From the NCBI GenBank assembly GCA_964365955.1, contig CAYISA010000005.1, positions 751 through 64,750 on the forward strand: a DNA stretch of 64,000 nucleotides. The letters are read 5' to 3'. A model generated the notes under the pieces. It had not been told where the DNA came from. It saw only the letters and a program-made list of their open reading frames with translations, and did no database searches. The translations under genes were made by a program, and so were the position numbers. This document shows, piece by piece, positions 27,823-38,280 of this stretch. The first letter of the stretch is position 1. Each line of letters begins with the position of its first letter. Origin of the DNA: an uncultured Candidatus Saccharibacteria bacterium. GTDB taxonomy: Bacteria > Patescibacteriota > Minisyncoccia > UBA6257 > GWB1-50-10.

Positions 27823-29496
27823 ATGCTTAGCCCCAAGGATCTGCAGGCAATGCTCCAGAAACAGCGCCATGCCGCCGAGGAAAATGACGCAAAACGGCGC
27901 GCGGAACGCCTGCGGCTCCCCTACATGGACTTGGTGTCGCTCCACGTCCCCACGGAACTCAAAGCGATGGCGCTCGTTCCAGAAGAAAGCGCCCGTGCCG
28001 GATTGTTGGTGCCGCTCCAACTTCTGCGAAAAAAACTGGTCCTCGCGGTTTTTGATCCAACGCTTCCGGAAACAAAAAAGGTAGCGGACGAACTGAAGAA
28101 AAAGTACGAGGTCAGCGTGGTGGTGGCTTCAAAAAGCGGGCTCGCGTTTCTTTGGACATTTTATAAATATGTCGCAAACGAGATGGATGAAATTTCGGGG
28201 CGCGTAGAAATCGACGAAGCGAATCTCTCGAATATTTTAGGGAACGTAAAAACGCTTGGCAATCTGAAAGCGTTGATTGAAGGATTCAAGGGCCAGCGCA
28301 CCTCCGAACTTTTGGAAATTATTTTAGGTGGCGCCATGGCGCTTCGATCTTCCGATATTCATCTGGAACCCACCAAAGAATGGGGGGTCTTCCGTCTGCG
28401 TATCGACGGGTTGTTGCACACCGCAACCGACCAGTTCCCGCTCGGAGCGTATCATTCCGTTATCACGCGCATTAAACTGCTGTCCAATCTAAAGCTCAAC
28501 ATCACTGATCAAGCTCAAGACGGAAGATTCACGATCGCCCTTAAAGATCGCGACATTGAAATTCGCACCTCAATCATTCCTTCGGAGTACGGAGAAACCA
28601 TTGTGATGCGGCTACTCGATCCGAATGCGCTCAAAGTAAACTTGGAAGAACTGGGTTGGAGATCGGATGATCTGGGAATTGTGACAAACGTACTTAAAGA
28701 ACCGAATGGCCTCATTTTGAATACCGGTCCCACGGGTTCCGGAAAAACCACAACCCTTTACGCGTTCTTGAAATACATTCTTACCCCCGAGATTAAGATT
28801 ATTACCGTCGAGGATCCGATTGAGTACCATATTGCCGGGATTTCGCAAACACAAGTGGATACCGATGCAAATTACACCTTCGCAAGCGGTCTCCGTTCCA
28901 TTTTGCGCCAGGACCCCGACGTGATTTTGGTCGGAGAAATCCGCGACGAAGAAACGGCGGATATCGCGATGAATGCGAGTCTTACGGGACATATGGTATT
29001 TTCGACTCTCCACACAAACGATGCTGTGGGTGCCATTCCCCGTTTACTCGACTTGGGGGCAAAACCACAGGTACTCGCGCCTGCGCTGTCGCTTGTAATC
29101 GCACAACGCCTGGTGCGCCGACTCTGCCCCACCTGCAAAACGGCGAAAAAAACAGACCAAAAAACCGCAAAGCAGTTTGAGGTTTTTTTGGAGAATCTCC
29201 CGAAGCGCGTGGACCGCGCCGTTTATACCACTATTACCGTTTTTGAGTCCAAAGGATGCGAGAAATGCGGCGGTTTGGGATACAAAGGCCGAACCTCTCT
29301 GTTTGAACTCTTCGAGGTAGGTGAAAAAATCGAAACGGCAATTTACGAAAATCCGAATGAACTGCGGCTTAAAAAATTGGCAAACGAGCAAGGAATGTCT
29401 ACAATGCAAGCAGACGGTATTTTAAAAGTATTCCAGGGAATCACGACATTCGCGGAAGTTGAAGGAGTAACGGGACCGATTGAGTGGAAAACTTAG
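27823..29496 (+). CDS. pilB: GspE/PilB-family type IV pilus assembly ATPase
   Basis: SDIHLEP, RIDG, GPTGSGKT, EDPIEY, LRQDPD, GEIRD, STLHTN, CxxC pairs. Confidence 0.92.
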   Translation: MLSPKDLQAMLQKQRHAAEENDAKRRAERLRLPYMDLVSLHVPTELKAMALVPEESARAGLLVPLQLLRKKLVLAVFDPTLPETKKVADELKKKYEVSVVVASKSGLAFLWTFYKYVANEMDEISGRVEIDEANLSNILGNVKTLGNLKALIEGFKGQRTSELLEIILGGAMALRSSDIHLEPTKEWGVFRLRIDGLLHTATDQFPLGAYHSVITRIKLLSNLKLNITDQAQDGRFTIALKDRDIEIRTSIIPSEYGETIVMRLLDPNALKVNLEELGWRSDDLGIVTNVLKEPNGLILNTGPTGSGKTTTLYAFLKYILTPEIKIITVEDPIEYHIAGISQTQVDTDANYTFASGLRSILRQDPDVILVGEIRDEETADIAMNASLTGHMVFSTLHTNDAVGAIPRLLDLGAKPQVLAPALSLVIAQRLVRRLCPTCKTAKKTDQKTAKQFEVFLENLPKRVDRAVYTTITVFESKGCEKCGGLGYKGRTSLFELFEVGEKIETAIYENPNELRLKKLANEQGMSTMQADGILKVFQGITTFAEVEGVTGPIEWKT

Positions 29497-29499
29497 TTT

Positions 29500-29682
29500 T
29501 TTAAAAACAAAAATCCCGAAACAAGATCTGTGGGCAAGACGCCATAGAGAGAGCGCTTTTACTTTTCTGATTCTAAAGAATCTGAAAAGGTCGAATAAAC
29601 CAGCGGATATTTCCAGCCGAAGCCGGAAGGTCCTTGGACTGGGAGGTATCCGTTTGCCCACAGGTCTTATATCAGGATTCTA
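29500..29682 (-). ncRNA. Candidate structured ncRNA E (family unknown)
   Basis: TTGACA-17-TAACAT promoter (29716-29688); 26-bp 5'/3' closing helix; internal hairpins including a UUCG loop; U-rich tail. Confidence 0.65.
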
Positions 29683-29720
29683 GTTACATGTTAGCATAGA
29701 CGGTCTAGATTGTCAATAGT

Positions 29721-30719
29721 ATGGAAAATAAGGCTATTTTGAAGGAAATCGACCCAAATTTTGACGCGGCACTCCGCCCCACGGAGTGGGGGGACTACAT
29801 CGGTCAGAAGAAAATTAAGGCGAATCTGCGCCTGATGATGGACGCCGCCAAAGAACGCAACGAATCGTGCGAGCATCTTTTATTTTACGGGCAGGCGGGA
29901 CTCGGGAAAACGACACTCGCCTATTTAATCGGCAAAGAAATGAACGCGCCCGTGCAGTCCACGTCCGGTCCCGCGCTCGAAAAAGCCGGGGACATCGCGG
30001 CAATTCTTTCGAACCTCGAGCCGCATCATATTTTATTCATCGACGAAGTTCACCGCATGCAAAAACTTGCGGAGGAAATCCTCTACCCCGCCATGGAAAG
30101 CCGTAAACTTCCACTTATCGTGGGGAAGGGTCCCTCGGCGCGGATGCTCACCATCGATCTTCCGCCTTTTACTATTCTTGCCGCCACCACCAAAATGAAT
30201 CTATTGTCCGCGCCGCTTCGCTCGCGGTTTGGCGCTACATTCCGCCTGGAATATTATTCAAGCGAAGAGATCGGGGAGATTGTAAAGCGCTCGGCAAAAC
30301 TGTTGGGAATAACAATCAATGCGGACGCGATCAAACTCCTCTCCGACACCTCGCGGTTTACGCCACGCATCGCCAATCGTCTTTTGAAACGCGCCCGCGA
30401 TTACGCGCAAATCCACAAACGCGGAGGAATTGACGCGGAATCGGTTCGGGAAACGCTGCGCCTTCTTGAGATCGACGGACTTGGACTGGAACTCACCGAT
30501 CGCCACCTTTTGGAGATTATCATCAAGAAATTCGTGGGTGGGCCCGTGGGGCTTAAAACCCTTGCGGCAGCCTTAAACGAGGAACCAGGGACTATAGAAG
30601 ACGTTTTTGAACCGTTCCTCATGAAGCTGGGATTCCTGCATCGCACCCCGGCGGGCCGCACTGCGACATCCTTGGCATACAAACATCTGAATTTGCCCAT
30701 GAAATCGGGCTTACTCTAG
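29721..30719 (+). CDS. ruvB: Holliday junction helicase RuvB
   Basis: LRP, GLGKTT, FIDEVHR, LYPAME, PLRSRFG, TPRIANRLL, GGPVG. Confidence 0.98.
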   Translation: MENKAILKEIDPNFDAALRPTEWGDYIGQKKIKANLRLMMDAAKERNESCEHLLFYGQAGLGKTTLAYLIGKEMNAPVQSTSGPALEKAGDIAAILSNLEPHHILFIDEVHRMQKLAEEILYPAMESRKLPLIVGKGPSARMLTIDLPPFTILAATTKMNLLSAPLRSRFGATFRLEYYSSEEIGEIVKRSAKLLGITINADAIKLLSDTSRFTPRIANRLLKRARDYAQIHKRGGIDAESVRETLRLLEIDGLGLELTDRHLLEIIIKKFVGGPVGLKTLAAALNEEPGTIEDVFEPFLMKLGFLHRTPAGRTATSLAYKHLNLPMKSGLL

Positions 30720-30723
30720 GGTT

Positions 30724-31185
30724 ATGCGTTTTTTGAGTACATCCGCAAAAGCAACCAAGGACTATGCTGCGCTTTTAGGCCGTGAGATTTCCCGCGCGTC
30801 TCTAAAGAAATCCCATGCCCTTGTTCTGGGTTTAGAAGGCGACCTTGGAAGCGGCAAAACGACGTTCGTGCAGGGACTCACGAAAGGGCTTGGGATCCGT
30901 GCACAAATTTTAAGTCCGACGTTTGTCATCTGCCGGAGCCACGCACTCCGAGGGAAACAGTACAAGCGCCTGTTTCACATGGATGCCTATCGCATCCGAT
31001 CCGAAAAAGAACTGGGTGCTCTCGCCTTTGATCCGATGATGAAGGACCCATCGCATGTGGTGGTTATTGAATGGGCTGATATCATCCGAAATGCCATTCC
31101 CCGCGACGCGATCTGGATTTGTTTTTCTCACGAACAAAAGAATGGGTCGCGCCTCATCACGATTCGGTCTCCCCGCAAACGATAA
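30724..31185 (+). CDS. tsaE: t6A biosynthesis ATPase TsaE
   Basis: GDLGSGKTTF, SPTF, HMDAYR, IEW. Confidence 0.96.
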   Translation: MRFLSTSAKATKDYAALLGREISRASLKKSHALVLGLEGDLGSGKTTFVQGLTKGLGIRAQILSPTFVICRSHALRGKQYKRLFHMDAYRIRSEKELGALAFDPMMKDPSHVVVIEWADIIRNAIPRDAIWICFSHEQKNGSRLITIRSPRKR

Positions 31186-31188
31186 TTT

Positions 31189-33648
31189 ATGAAAACACTT
31201 CTGCTGATCGATGCTCATTCGTTAATCCACCGCGCATACCACGCACTTCCTCCTTTTGCTTCCCCTAAACACGAACCAGTGGGGGCAATCTACGGAATTT
31301 CTTCGATGCTTCTGAAAATGTTACGCGACATTCGCCCGGACTACGTTGCCGCGGCATTCGACAGGCCCGAACCCACGTTCCGGAAGGAACTGTTCGTGGA
31401 TTATAAAGCGCATCGCCAGAAAGCGGACGATGAGCTGGTGGCGCAGTTGATTGAGGCGCATCACACGTTCGAGGTGTTTGGAATTCAAGCGTTCGAAAAA
31501 CCGGGGTTTGAGGGGGATGATATCATCGGTACGCTCGCAAAAAAATTCCACAATAAAAAATCGCTCCGCGTCATTATTCTTACGGGAGATCTGGACACGC
31601 TTCAGCTTGTGGAGGGAGATTCCCTGGTGGTGGAAACGCCCAAAAAGGGACTTGGAGAAACCACTACGTATAACGAGAAAGCGGTCGAGACGCGTTATGC
31701 GCTTTCCCCTGGGCAACTCACGGATTATAAGGGCTTGGTAGGAGACCCGTCGGACAATATCCCCGGCGTGAAAGGGGTTGGACCGAAAACTGCGGCACAT
31801 CTACTTGCAGAATACGGCACGCTCGAAAATCTTCTTTTGCGCCTCGATCCAAAAACGGCGGCGGAGAAAAAGATTATTGCGGAAAAAGACGCTGCTCTGT
31901 TTTCAAAAAAACTTGCCGTGATAAAAACGGACGTTTCGCTTTCCGTTGACCTTTCTTCGCTTTCTTTTCCCGAACTTCCTATCGCACCGCTCAAAAAATA
32001 TTTTGAAGAAAAAGGATTTGATAGTCTCCTTGCGCGTTTAGGAATTTCGCCGACGTTACTGCCTTCTAAAACCAACCGAGCGGTAACAGAAGCCCCAAAG
32101 GACGCTGTCTTTGTTTTTGAGGAAACTGCGGAAAACATTCCATCGGAAACACGCTCGTCTTCCGTATTAAAGATTGCTTATGACTGGAAAAGTGTCCTAA
32201 AAACACCCGGGGGGGGGAACATTTCCGGTCCCTTTTTTGATATAAAGATCGCCGGCTGGCTTTTGGATCCGGAAAAAAAAGATGTCTCCGTCGAAGCGTT
32301 GATACGACGATTTCTAAAACGTCCGTTGGGCGGTCTTTTTCCACAGGAAGAAAAAGAGGGGGCGGTACGCGAACTGTATCCTTTTTTGAAAAATGAACTG
32401 CGCGCCTGTAAAATGGAGGATCTTTTTGAAAAAATTGAAATGCCCCTCATCCCCGTTCTTGCGAAAATGGAACTCGCCGGAATCGGAGTCGAAAAAGCGG
32501 CACTTGAATTGCTCGGAAAAGAAATTGATGCGGAACTTGAAGATCTAACCGAAAAAATCTATAAGGGGGCGGGAATGATGTTCAATATTAATTCTCCCAA
32601 GCAAGTTGCGCAAATTCTTTTTGAAAAATTGGAATTGGGCGGCGTGAGGCGTAAAAAAACAGGGACGGGACAGGCTCGAACCGGAAAAGATATTCTTCAG
32701 GAACTTTCCGGACATCATGCGATTGTGGATTTAATCCTTGCGTATCGCGAACATTTCAAAATACGCTCGAGCTTCGTAACACCTCTGTTGGATTCCATCG
32801 GGACAGACGGGAGAGTTCATACAGAGTTCCTGCAAACCGGCACAGCTACCGGCAGAATCGCATCCGAAAATCCCAACCTTCAGAACATTCCGCAGGAATC
32901 CAAGTGGTCAACACAACTTAGAGACGCGTTTCAGGCGAGCGACGGATGGAGCTTTCTTTCGTTCGACTATTCTCAGTTGGAACTGCGGCTTCTTGCCCAT
33001 GTGAGCGGTGACAAGAATTTGAAGAATGCCTTCAAAAACGGAGAAGATGTGCATACGCTGACCGCGTCTCGCGTTCTGAAAATTCCCGCCGAGAAAGTCG
33101 GTGCGGTTGAACGACGCATCGCAAAGACATTGAATTTCGGAATTATCTACGGAATGGGAGCGCGTGCGTTTGCGAAAACAAGCGGTGTTCCTCCGAAAGA
33201 AGCGGAGCGTTTTATGGAAGAATATTTCCGCACCTTCCCCGGTATCAAGGAGTGGCAGGAACGCACCAAGGCGGAAGCGCGTACGTTTGGATACGTCAAA
33301 AATTTGAACGGCCGCCGGCGCGTGTTTTTACGCACGGGAAACGCCTTTCTGCGAAACGAGATGGAGCGGGCCGCCATCAATATGCCCCTTCAAAGTCTGG
33401 GTGCGGATATTATAAAATTAGCTATGATCGGCACATCTGCCATTCTGACACAGCAAAAAAAATCGGCACGCTTGGTTCTTTCTATCCACGACGAACTGGT
33501 CTTCGAAATACAAGATGCCTTGCTCCCCGCGCTTCTTTCTCCGATTCGCGATATAATGGAACACGTCTTCCCCCTTTCGGTGCCGCTGCGCGTAGAGGCA
33601 AAGACGGGGAAAACATGGGGAAACATGAAAAAAATCGACACAGAATGA
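31189..33648 (+). CDS. polA: DNA polymerase I
   Basis: 5' nuclease (RAYHA, GDPSDNIPGV), PNLQNIP, DYSQLELR, IHDEL. Confidence 0.97.
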   Translation: MKTLLLIDAHSLIHRAYHALPPFASPKHEPVGAIYGISSMLLKMLRDIRPDYVAAAFDRPEPTFRKELFVDYKAHRQKADDELVAQLIEAHHTFEVFGIQAFEKPGFEGDDIIGTLAKKFHNKKSLRVIILTGDLDTLQLVEGDSLVVETPKKGLGETTTYNEKAVETRYALSPGQLTDYKGLVGDPSDNIPGVKGVGPKTAAHLLAEYGTLENLLLRLDPKTAAEKKIIAEKDAALFSKKLAVIKTDVSLSVDLSSLSFPELPIAPLKKYFEEKGFDSLLARLGISPTLLPSKTNRAVTEAPKDAVFVFEETAENIPSETRSSSVLKIAYDWKSVLKTPGGGNISGPFFDIKIAGWLLDPEKKDVSVEALIRRFLKRPLGGLFPQEEKEGAVRELYPFLKNELRACKMEDLFEKIEMPLIPVLAKMELAGIGVEKAALELLGKEIDAELEDLTEKIYKGAGMMFNINSPKQVAQILFEKLELGGVRRKKTGTGQARTGKDILQELSGHHAIVDLILAYREHFKIRSSFVTPLLDSIGTDGRVHTEFLQTGTATGRIASENPNLQNIPQESKWSTQLRDAFQASDGWSFLSFDYSQLELRLLAHVSGDKNLKNAFKNGEDVHTLTASRVLKIPAEKVGAVERRIAKTLNFGIIYGMGARAFAKTSGVPPKEAERFMEEYFRTFPGIKEWQERTKAEARTFGYVKNLNGRRRVFLRTGNAFLRNEMERAAINMPLQSLGADIIKLAMIGTSAILTQQKKSARLVLSIHDELVFEIQDALLPALLSPIRDIMEHVFPLSVPLRVEAKTGKTWGNMKKIDTE

Positions 33649-34949
33649 TAAAGAATATTTTTGAAACATTCCGGCTGGTTACGCTCCACATAAGGGGCGT
33701 CCACGCAATAGCACTCTACACCGTGCTGGTGATCATGGCGGTTCCCCCTGTAGTGGCTTTTCTTTTTGCTCCGTGGTTTTTTGGAGTCCTGGGTTTCTTC
33801 GCTTATTTTTCGGCGGCGATCCTGTATCTGCGGAAAGCGCTCGATGTTGCGCGGCTACAGCTTTCGGAACAGTTTGAAACAAAAGAGTTTTCTGCGCTGG
33901 TGGATTATCTGCCCGAAGGCGTTATTTTGTATGATCCTTCTTTTAAGGTTCTTTCATTCAATAAAGCCGCACAAGAACTGTTTCGTCTTTCCGCCGAGGA
34001 AATCGTGGGACGCATGATGGATCCGGGGATGGCGAAAAATCCCCATTATCGCATTCTTGTGCAAGCCCTTTTTCCGTCCCTAGCTCCTTCCATGACGCAG
34101 GTTTCGACATCAGAGGCATGGCCACAAATTGTCGATTTAACGACCGATGAACCCGTGCTGGAGCTTCGTTCAACGCTTATCCGATTAACGGACGAAGGGC
34201 AAAATGCCATTGGTTTCCTCCGTCTGGTCAAGGACCGCACGCGCGAAAAGGCGCTACTTGCGGAAAAAACGGATTTTATCAACGTGGCGGCGCATCAGCT
34301 GCGGACACCCCTTACCGCAATGGGATGGGCTATGGAAAGCCTTGTGAATCTCACCGCTGATTCAAGTGCCGACGTAAAAGAAATCGTGAAAGAAGGGAAC
34401 GAAATTGCACAGCGAGCGCTTAAAATCACAAACGATTTGCTGGATGTGGCAAAGATCGAAGAAGGGAAATTCGGATTTTTATTTGAGGAAAAAGATATCG
34501 CGGAACTGATTCAACAACTCGTCTCTGCTTCCGGAAGCATCGCGAAACAGTACTCGGTCACTCTTTTTATGGAGCCGCCGAAGGAATCGATCGTGGTTCG
34601 CATGGATCCCGCAAAACTTTCGAGCGTATTTTTGAACCTTTTGGATAATGCCATCAGATATAACGTGAAAAACGGGCGCGTCGTAATCGCAGTTGATCGT
34701 CTGATGGATAAACCGTTCGTTAAAATTTCGGTGGAAGACACTGGAATCGGCGTTCCTTCCGAAGAAATAGGCGAACTGTTCACGAAGCTTCATCGCGGAT
34801 CGAACGCCGCGGTAGCGGAACCTAACGGAAGCGGCCTTGGTCTCTACATCGCGAAGAACATCGTGGAACAGCACGGGGGAAGCATCGGGTTTGAATCTAC
34901 GCTGAATCGTGGGAGCACGTTCTGGTTTACGCTCCCTTTAAAAAAATGA
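33645..34949 (+). CDS. Membrane PAS sensor histidine kinase
   Basis: Two TM segments, PAS, AHQLRTP H-box, N/G1/G2 boxes; ATG overlaps the polA stop. Confidence 0.92.
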   Translation: MIKNIFETFRLVTLHIRGVHAIALYTVLVIMAVPPVVAFLFAPWFFGVLGFFAYFSAAILYLRKALDVARLQLSEQFETKEFSALVDYLPEGVILYDPSFKVLSFNKAAQELFRLSAEEIVGRMMDPGMAKNPHYRILVQALFPSLAPSMTQVSTSEAWPQIVDLTTDEPVLELRSTLIRLTDEGQNAIGFLRLVKDRTREKALLAEKTDFINVAAHQLRTPLTAMGWAMESLVNLTADSSADVKEIVKEGNEIAQRALKITNDLLDVAKIEEGKFGFLFEEKDIAELIQQLVSASGSIAKQYSVTLFMEPPKESIVVRMDPAKLSSVFLNLLDNAIRYNVKNGRVVIAVDRLMDKPFVKISVEDTGIGVPSEEIGELFTKLHRGSNAAVAEPNGSGLGLYIAKNIVEQHGGSIGFESTLNRGSTFWFTLPLKK

Positions 34950-34956
34950 GCGGCGT

Positions 34957-35424
34957 ATGGTTATTGTAGGCATTGATCCGGGGACGCACCGCGTCGGATA
35001 CGGGGTTATTAAAAAAACAGGATCTTCTCTTTCTTTTTTGGAGGCAGGTCTTTTGAACGTTGCGGTGGGACCAGACCGTCTACCCGCAATCGAGAGGAGC
35101 CTAAAGGAACTTCTGGACCGCGCCTTGCCCGATCGTGTGGGAATTGAAAAATTGTTTTTTACCAAGAACCAGAAAACGGCCATCGCCGTTGCCCAGGCAC
35201 GCGGCGTATTGTTAAATACGGTTATGAAGCATGGGACTCCCGTCGTGGAACTTACACCTTCCGAAATTAAGCTCGCGGTTGCGGGAAACGGGCGAGCGGA
35301 AAAACGGTCTGTTGCGCGTATGGTTTTTCGTTTTTTGAACATACCGCCACTCCGTTCCCCCGATGACATCACAGATGCTCTCGCGATCGCTATTGCCGCT
35401 TCCTCCCGCCGTATTGACATTTGA
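34957..35424 (+). CDS. ruvC: Holliday junction resolvase RuvC
   Basis: GIDPG, IEKLFF, AQARG, DDITDALAIA. Confidence 0.97.
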   Translation: MVIVGIDPGTHRVGYGVIKKTGSSLSFLEAGLLNVAVGPDRLPAIERSLKELLDRALPDRVGIEKLFFTKNQKTAIAVAQARGVLLNTVMKHGTPVVELTPSEIKLAVAGNGRAEKRSVARMVFRFLNIPPLRSPDDITDALAIAIAASSRRIDI

Positions 35425-35485
35425 AATCTGTTTTCTATACTATCCCCATCACAAAAGAAAGGTCGCTGGGGTCTTTTATTATTTC

Positions 35486-35704
35486 ATGTTAGACGCGCTA
35501 CTTCTTACAAAGATGTCAAAAGCCGAAGACGAGAAGGAGGAGATGGACGTTGAAGAAACGTTTGGTTCCGGTATTGCTACCCCTCGTTCGCCTTTCCCTG
35601 AAACCGAGGTGGGCGTGGGAGGATTGGAAGAAACGGAGGATGAGGGCACGCTTCCACTTCCCGACGAAGAAAAAACTGCGGGAGAAGGAGAAGAAGAGTG
35701 GTGA
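35486..35704 (+). CDS. Small, highly acidic hypothetical protein
   Basis: E/D-rich ORF followed by hairpin CCTCGTGG/CCACGAGG plus T-run. Confidence 0.55.
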   Translation: MLDALLLTKMSKAEDEKEEMDVEETFGSGIATPRSPFPETEVGVGGLEETEDEGTLPLPDEEKTAGEGEEEW

Positions 35705-35774
35705 CAACGCGTAATGGTTTTCGCAACCTCGTGGTGGGTTTGAAACACTCCCCACGAGGTTTTATATTAAAGAG

Positions 35775-38273
35775 ATGCTGATAGAATCGAAAAGGGGGAA
35801 GAGGTTAAAAATTCGCCACATCGCCGCGTTTTTTTTCGGATGGCTTTTCCTTGCCGGACTCGGCGTCGCCGGAGGAGGAGTGATCTATTTGGCGGTACTT
35901 ATCAAACAACTTCCGTCGCCGAACGATCTGAATAATCGTAACGTTGTGCAGTCTACAAAAATCTACGACCGCGACGGAAAAGTTCTTCTCTACGAGATCC
36001 ATGGAGAAGAGAAACGGACCGTCGTTCCATTCGAAAACATACCGCAGAACCTGAAAAATGCTACGCTTGCCGCGGAAGATGCGGAATTTTACACCGAACC
36101 CGCGTTCAGTTGGAAAGCGATTCTTCGCGCGCTCGCATCGAACCTTCGCGCTGGAAAAGTAACACAAGGCGGATCTACCATCAGCCAACAACTCGCTAAA
36201 AATATTTTTCTGTCTTCCGAACGCACCGTTACGCGAAAAATAAAAGAACTGGTTCTTGCGCTTGAACTCGAGGCAAATTATTCCAAAGATCAGATTTTTT
36301 CTTTTTACCTAAATCAGATTCCTTATGGTTCAAATGCGTATGGAATTGAAGCGGCGAGCCAGACGTTTTTCGGAAAACCCGTAAGCTCCACAACACTTGC
36401 CGAGGCGGCGGCACTCGCCTCTCTTCCTAAAGCTCCGAGTTATTATTCACCGTGGGGAAACAATATAAAACTCTTGTTGGAGCGAAAAGATAAGACACTC
36501 GACAGAATGGAGGAGCTGCATTGGATTACACCCAAAGAACGCGACCAGGCAAAAAAAGAGATTCTTGTCTTTATGCCGCCCTCGCTCGGCTCCATTAAAG
36601 CTCCTCATTTTGTCCTTTCGGTGAAAGATTATCTCATCAACAAATACGGGGAAGAGCTCGTGACAAACGGGGGTCTTCGCGTCCTGACTACGCTCGATTG
36701 GGACTTACAGCAACAGGCGGAGAAATCCGTGGAGGAGGGGGTTAAAAGAAATCTGGAACTTTACAACGCAAAAAACAGCGCACTTGTTGCACAAGATTCA
36801 AAAACGGGACAGGTTCTCGCTCTCGTCGGATCCCGAAACTACTTCGACATCGCAAACGACGGAAATTTTAATATCGCAACGCAAGGCCTTCGGCAACCCG
36901 GCTCCGCACTGAAACCGTTCGTGTATATGACAGCGTTTCAAAAAGAATACTCTCCGAAAACCGTCCTGTGGGACGTCCCCACGGAATTCGACGCTCGAAA
37001 CGACAACGATCCGGAACACAGCTACAGTCCCAAAAATTTTGACGATGTGTTTATAGGACCCGTCACCATGGAAAACGCACTGGCACAGTCGAGGAACGTT
37101 CCGGCCGTCAAAGCACTTTACCTTGCGGGATTCGACGACGTCTTAAAAAATCTCCACTCATTTGGAATTACGACTCTTAAAGAACGCTGGCGGTACGGTC
37201 TCTCCCTTACACTTGGGGGTGGCGAGGTGCGCTTGATTGACTTGGTAAATGCGTACGCGACCCTCTCTCAAGAAGGGGTTCGTCACACACAAACGCTGGT
37301 TCTTCGCATAGAAGACGCTTCAGGAAGGGTGCTCGAGGAATACAGGGACTCCAACGAGTCGGTAATGGATCCGCAGTATCCTCGCATGATTTCCCAGATC
37401 CTTTCGGACGCCCAACTCCGGTCTCCCGTTTTCCAAGCGAGTCTCCCTCTAACGGTCTTTCCGGACTATGAAGTAGCGCTCAAAACAGGCACCACGGAGG
37501 ACTATCGAGACGCTTGGGCGCTTGGATATACCCCCTTCCTCACTGTGGGCGTATGGGCGGGAAACAACAACAACACGCCCATGACACACAAAGGAACTAG
37601 CATTCTTGCGGCGGTTCCTATCTGGAATTCGTTTCTGAAAGAGGTCCTCAAAAAATTTCCGCCGGAATCATTTACGAAACCGGAATCGTACGTGCTTCCG
37701 CAAAAACCTATGTTGAACGGGGAATCGGAAATTATTCCCGTCCTGAACGGAAAACGTTTTCCACAAATTCATTCCATCCTTTTTTACACGGATAAAAACG
37801 ATCCGTTGGGACCGGTTCCGCAAAATCCTTTGGCTGATCCGCAGTACGAGAATTGGGAGCGGGGAGTTTTAGAATGGGCGCGTATAAACCTTCCGTCTTT
37901 TTCATCTTACAACCAGCCCGTTCCCGAGGGCGCGACGTTTTACTACCCTTCCCAAAAAATCCCCGTCGCTCCTTCGTTGCCACCTCCGGTGATGCCAGGA
38001 AGTTCGCTTTCGATGGAAAACTTGATGCCAAAAAGCGGTGAGTTTATGAACACGCCGTTTCGTATCACCGCAAATTTTAATTCTTCGGTGGGATTAAAAA
38101 AGATTGAACTGTATTATAACCGCCGTCTTATCAGTTCGCTCTCGGTGTTCGGGATTCGATACTATTACAGCTACCTTTTTGATCTCCCGCTAGAAACGCA
38201 AAACCTTTTCGAGATTCGCGCATCGGACGTAAACGGAAAAGAAATAAAATCTTCGTTCGTAGTGAACCATTAG
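35775..38273 (+). CDS. Class A penicillin-binding protein (PBP1A family) with C-terminal Ig-like domain
   Basis: AED..FY, GGSTISQQLAKN, RKIKE, PGSALKP, SRN, KTGT. Confidence 0.95.
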   Translation: MLIESKRGKRLKIRHIAAFFFGWLFLAGLGVAGGGVIYLAVLIKQLPSPNDLNNRNVVQSTKIYDRDGKVLLYEIHGEEKRTVVPFENIPQNLKNATLAAEDAEFYTEPAFSWKAILRALASNLRAGKVTQGGSTISQQLAKNIFLSSERTVTRKIKELVLALELEANYSKDQIFSFYLNQIPYGSNAYGIEAASQTFFGKPVSSTTLAEAAALASLPKAPSYYSPWGNNIKLLLERKDKTLDRMEELHWITPKERDQAKKEILVFMPPSLGSIKAPHFVLSVKDYLINKYGEELVTNGGLRVLTTLDWDLQQQAEKSVEEGVKRNLELYNAKNSALVAQDSKTGQVLALVGSRNYFDIANDGNFNIATQGLRQPGSALKPFVYMTAFQKEYSPKTVLWDVPTEFDARNDNDPEHSYSPKNFDDVFIGPVTMENALAQSRNVPAVKALYLAGFDDVLKNLHSFGITTLKERWRYGLSLTLGGGEVRLIDLVNAYATLSQEGVRHTQTLVLRIEDASGRVLEEYRDSNESVMDPQYPRMISQILSDAQLRSPVFQASLPLTVFPDYEVALKTGTTEDYRDAWALGYTPFLTVGVWAGNNNNTPMTHKGTSILAAVPIWNSFLKEVLKKFPPESFTKPESYVLPQKPMLNGESEIIPVLNGKRFPQIHSILFYTDKNDPLGPVPQNPLADPQYENWERGVLEWARINLPSFSSYNQPVPEGATFYYPSQKIPVAPSLPPPVMPGSSLSMENLMPKSGEFMNTPFRITANFNSSVGLKKIELYYNRRLISSLSVFGIRYYYSYLFDLPLETQNLFEIRASDVNGKEIKSSFVVNH

Positions 38274-38280
38274 TGTTTTT

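Noticed and set aside
33252-33644. N-terminal extension of the histidine kinase ORF
   Set aside because: Overlaps polA out of frame; the ATG at 33645 coupled to the polA stop is more plausible
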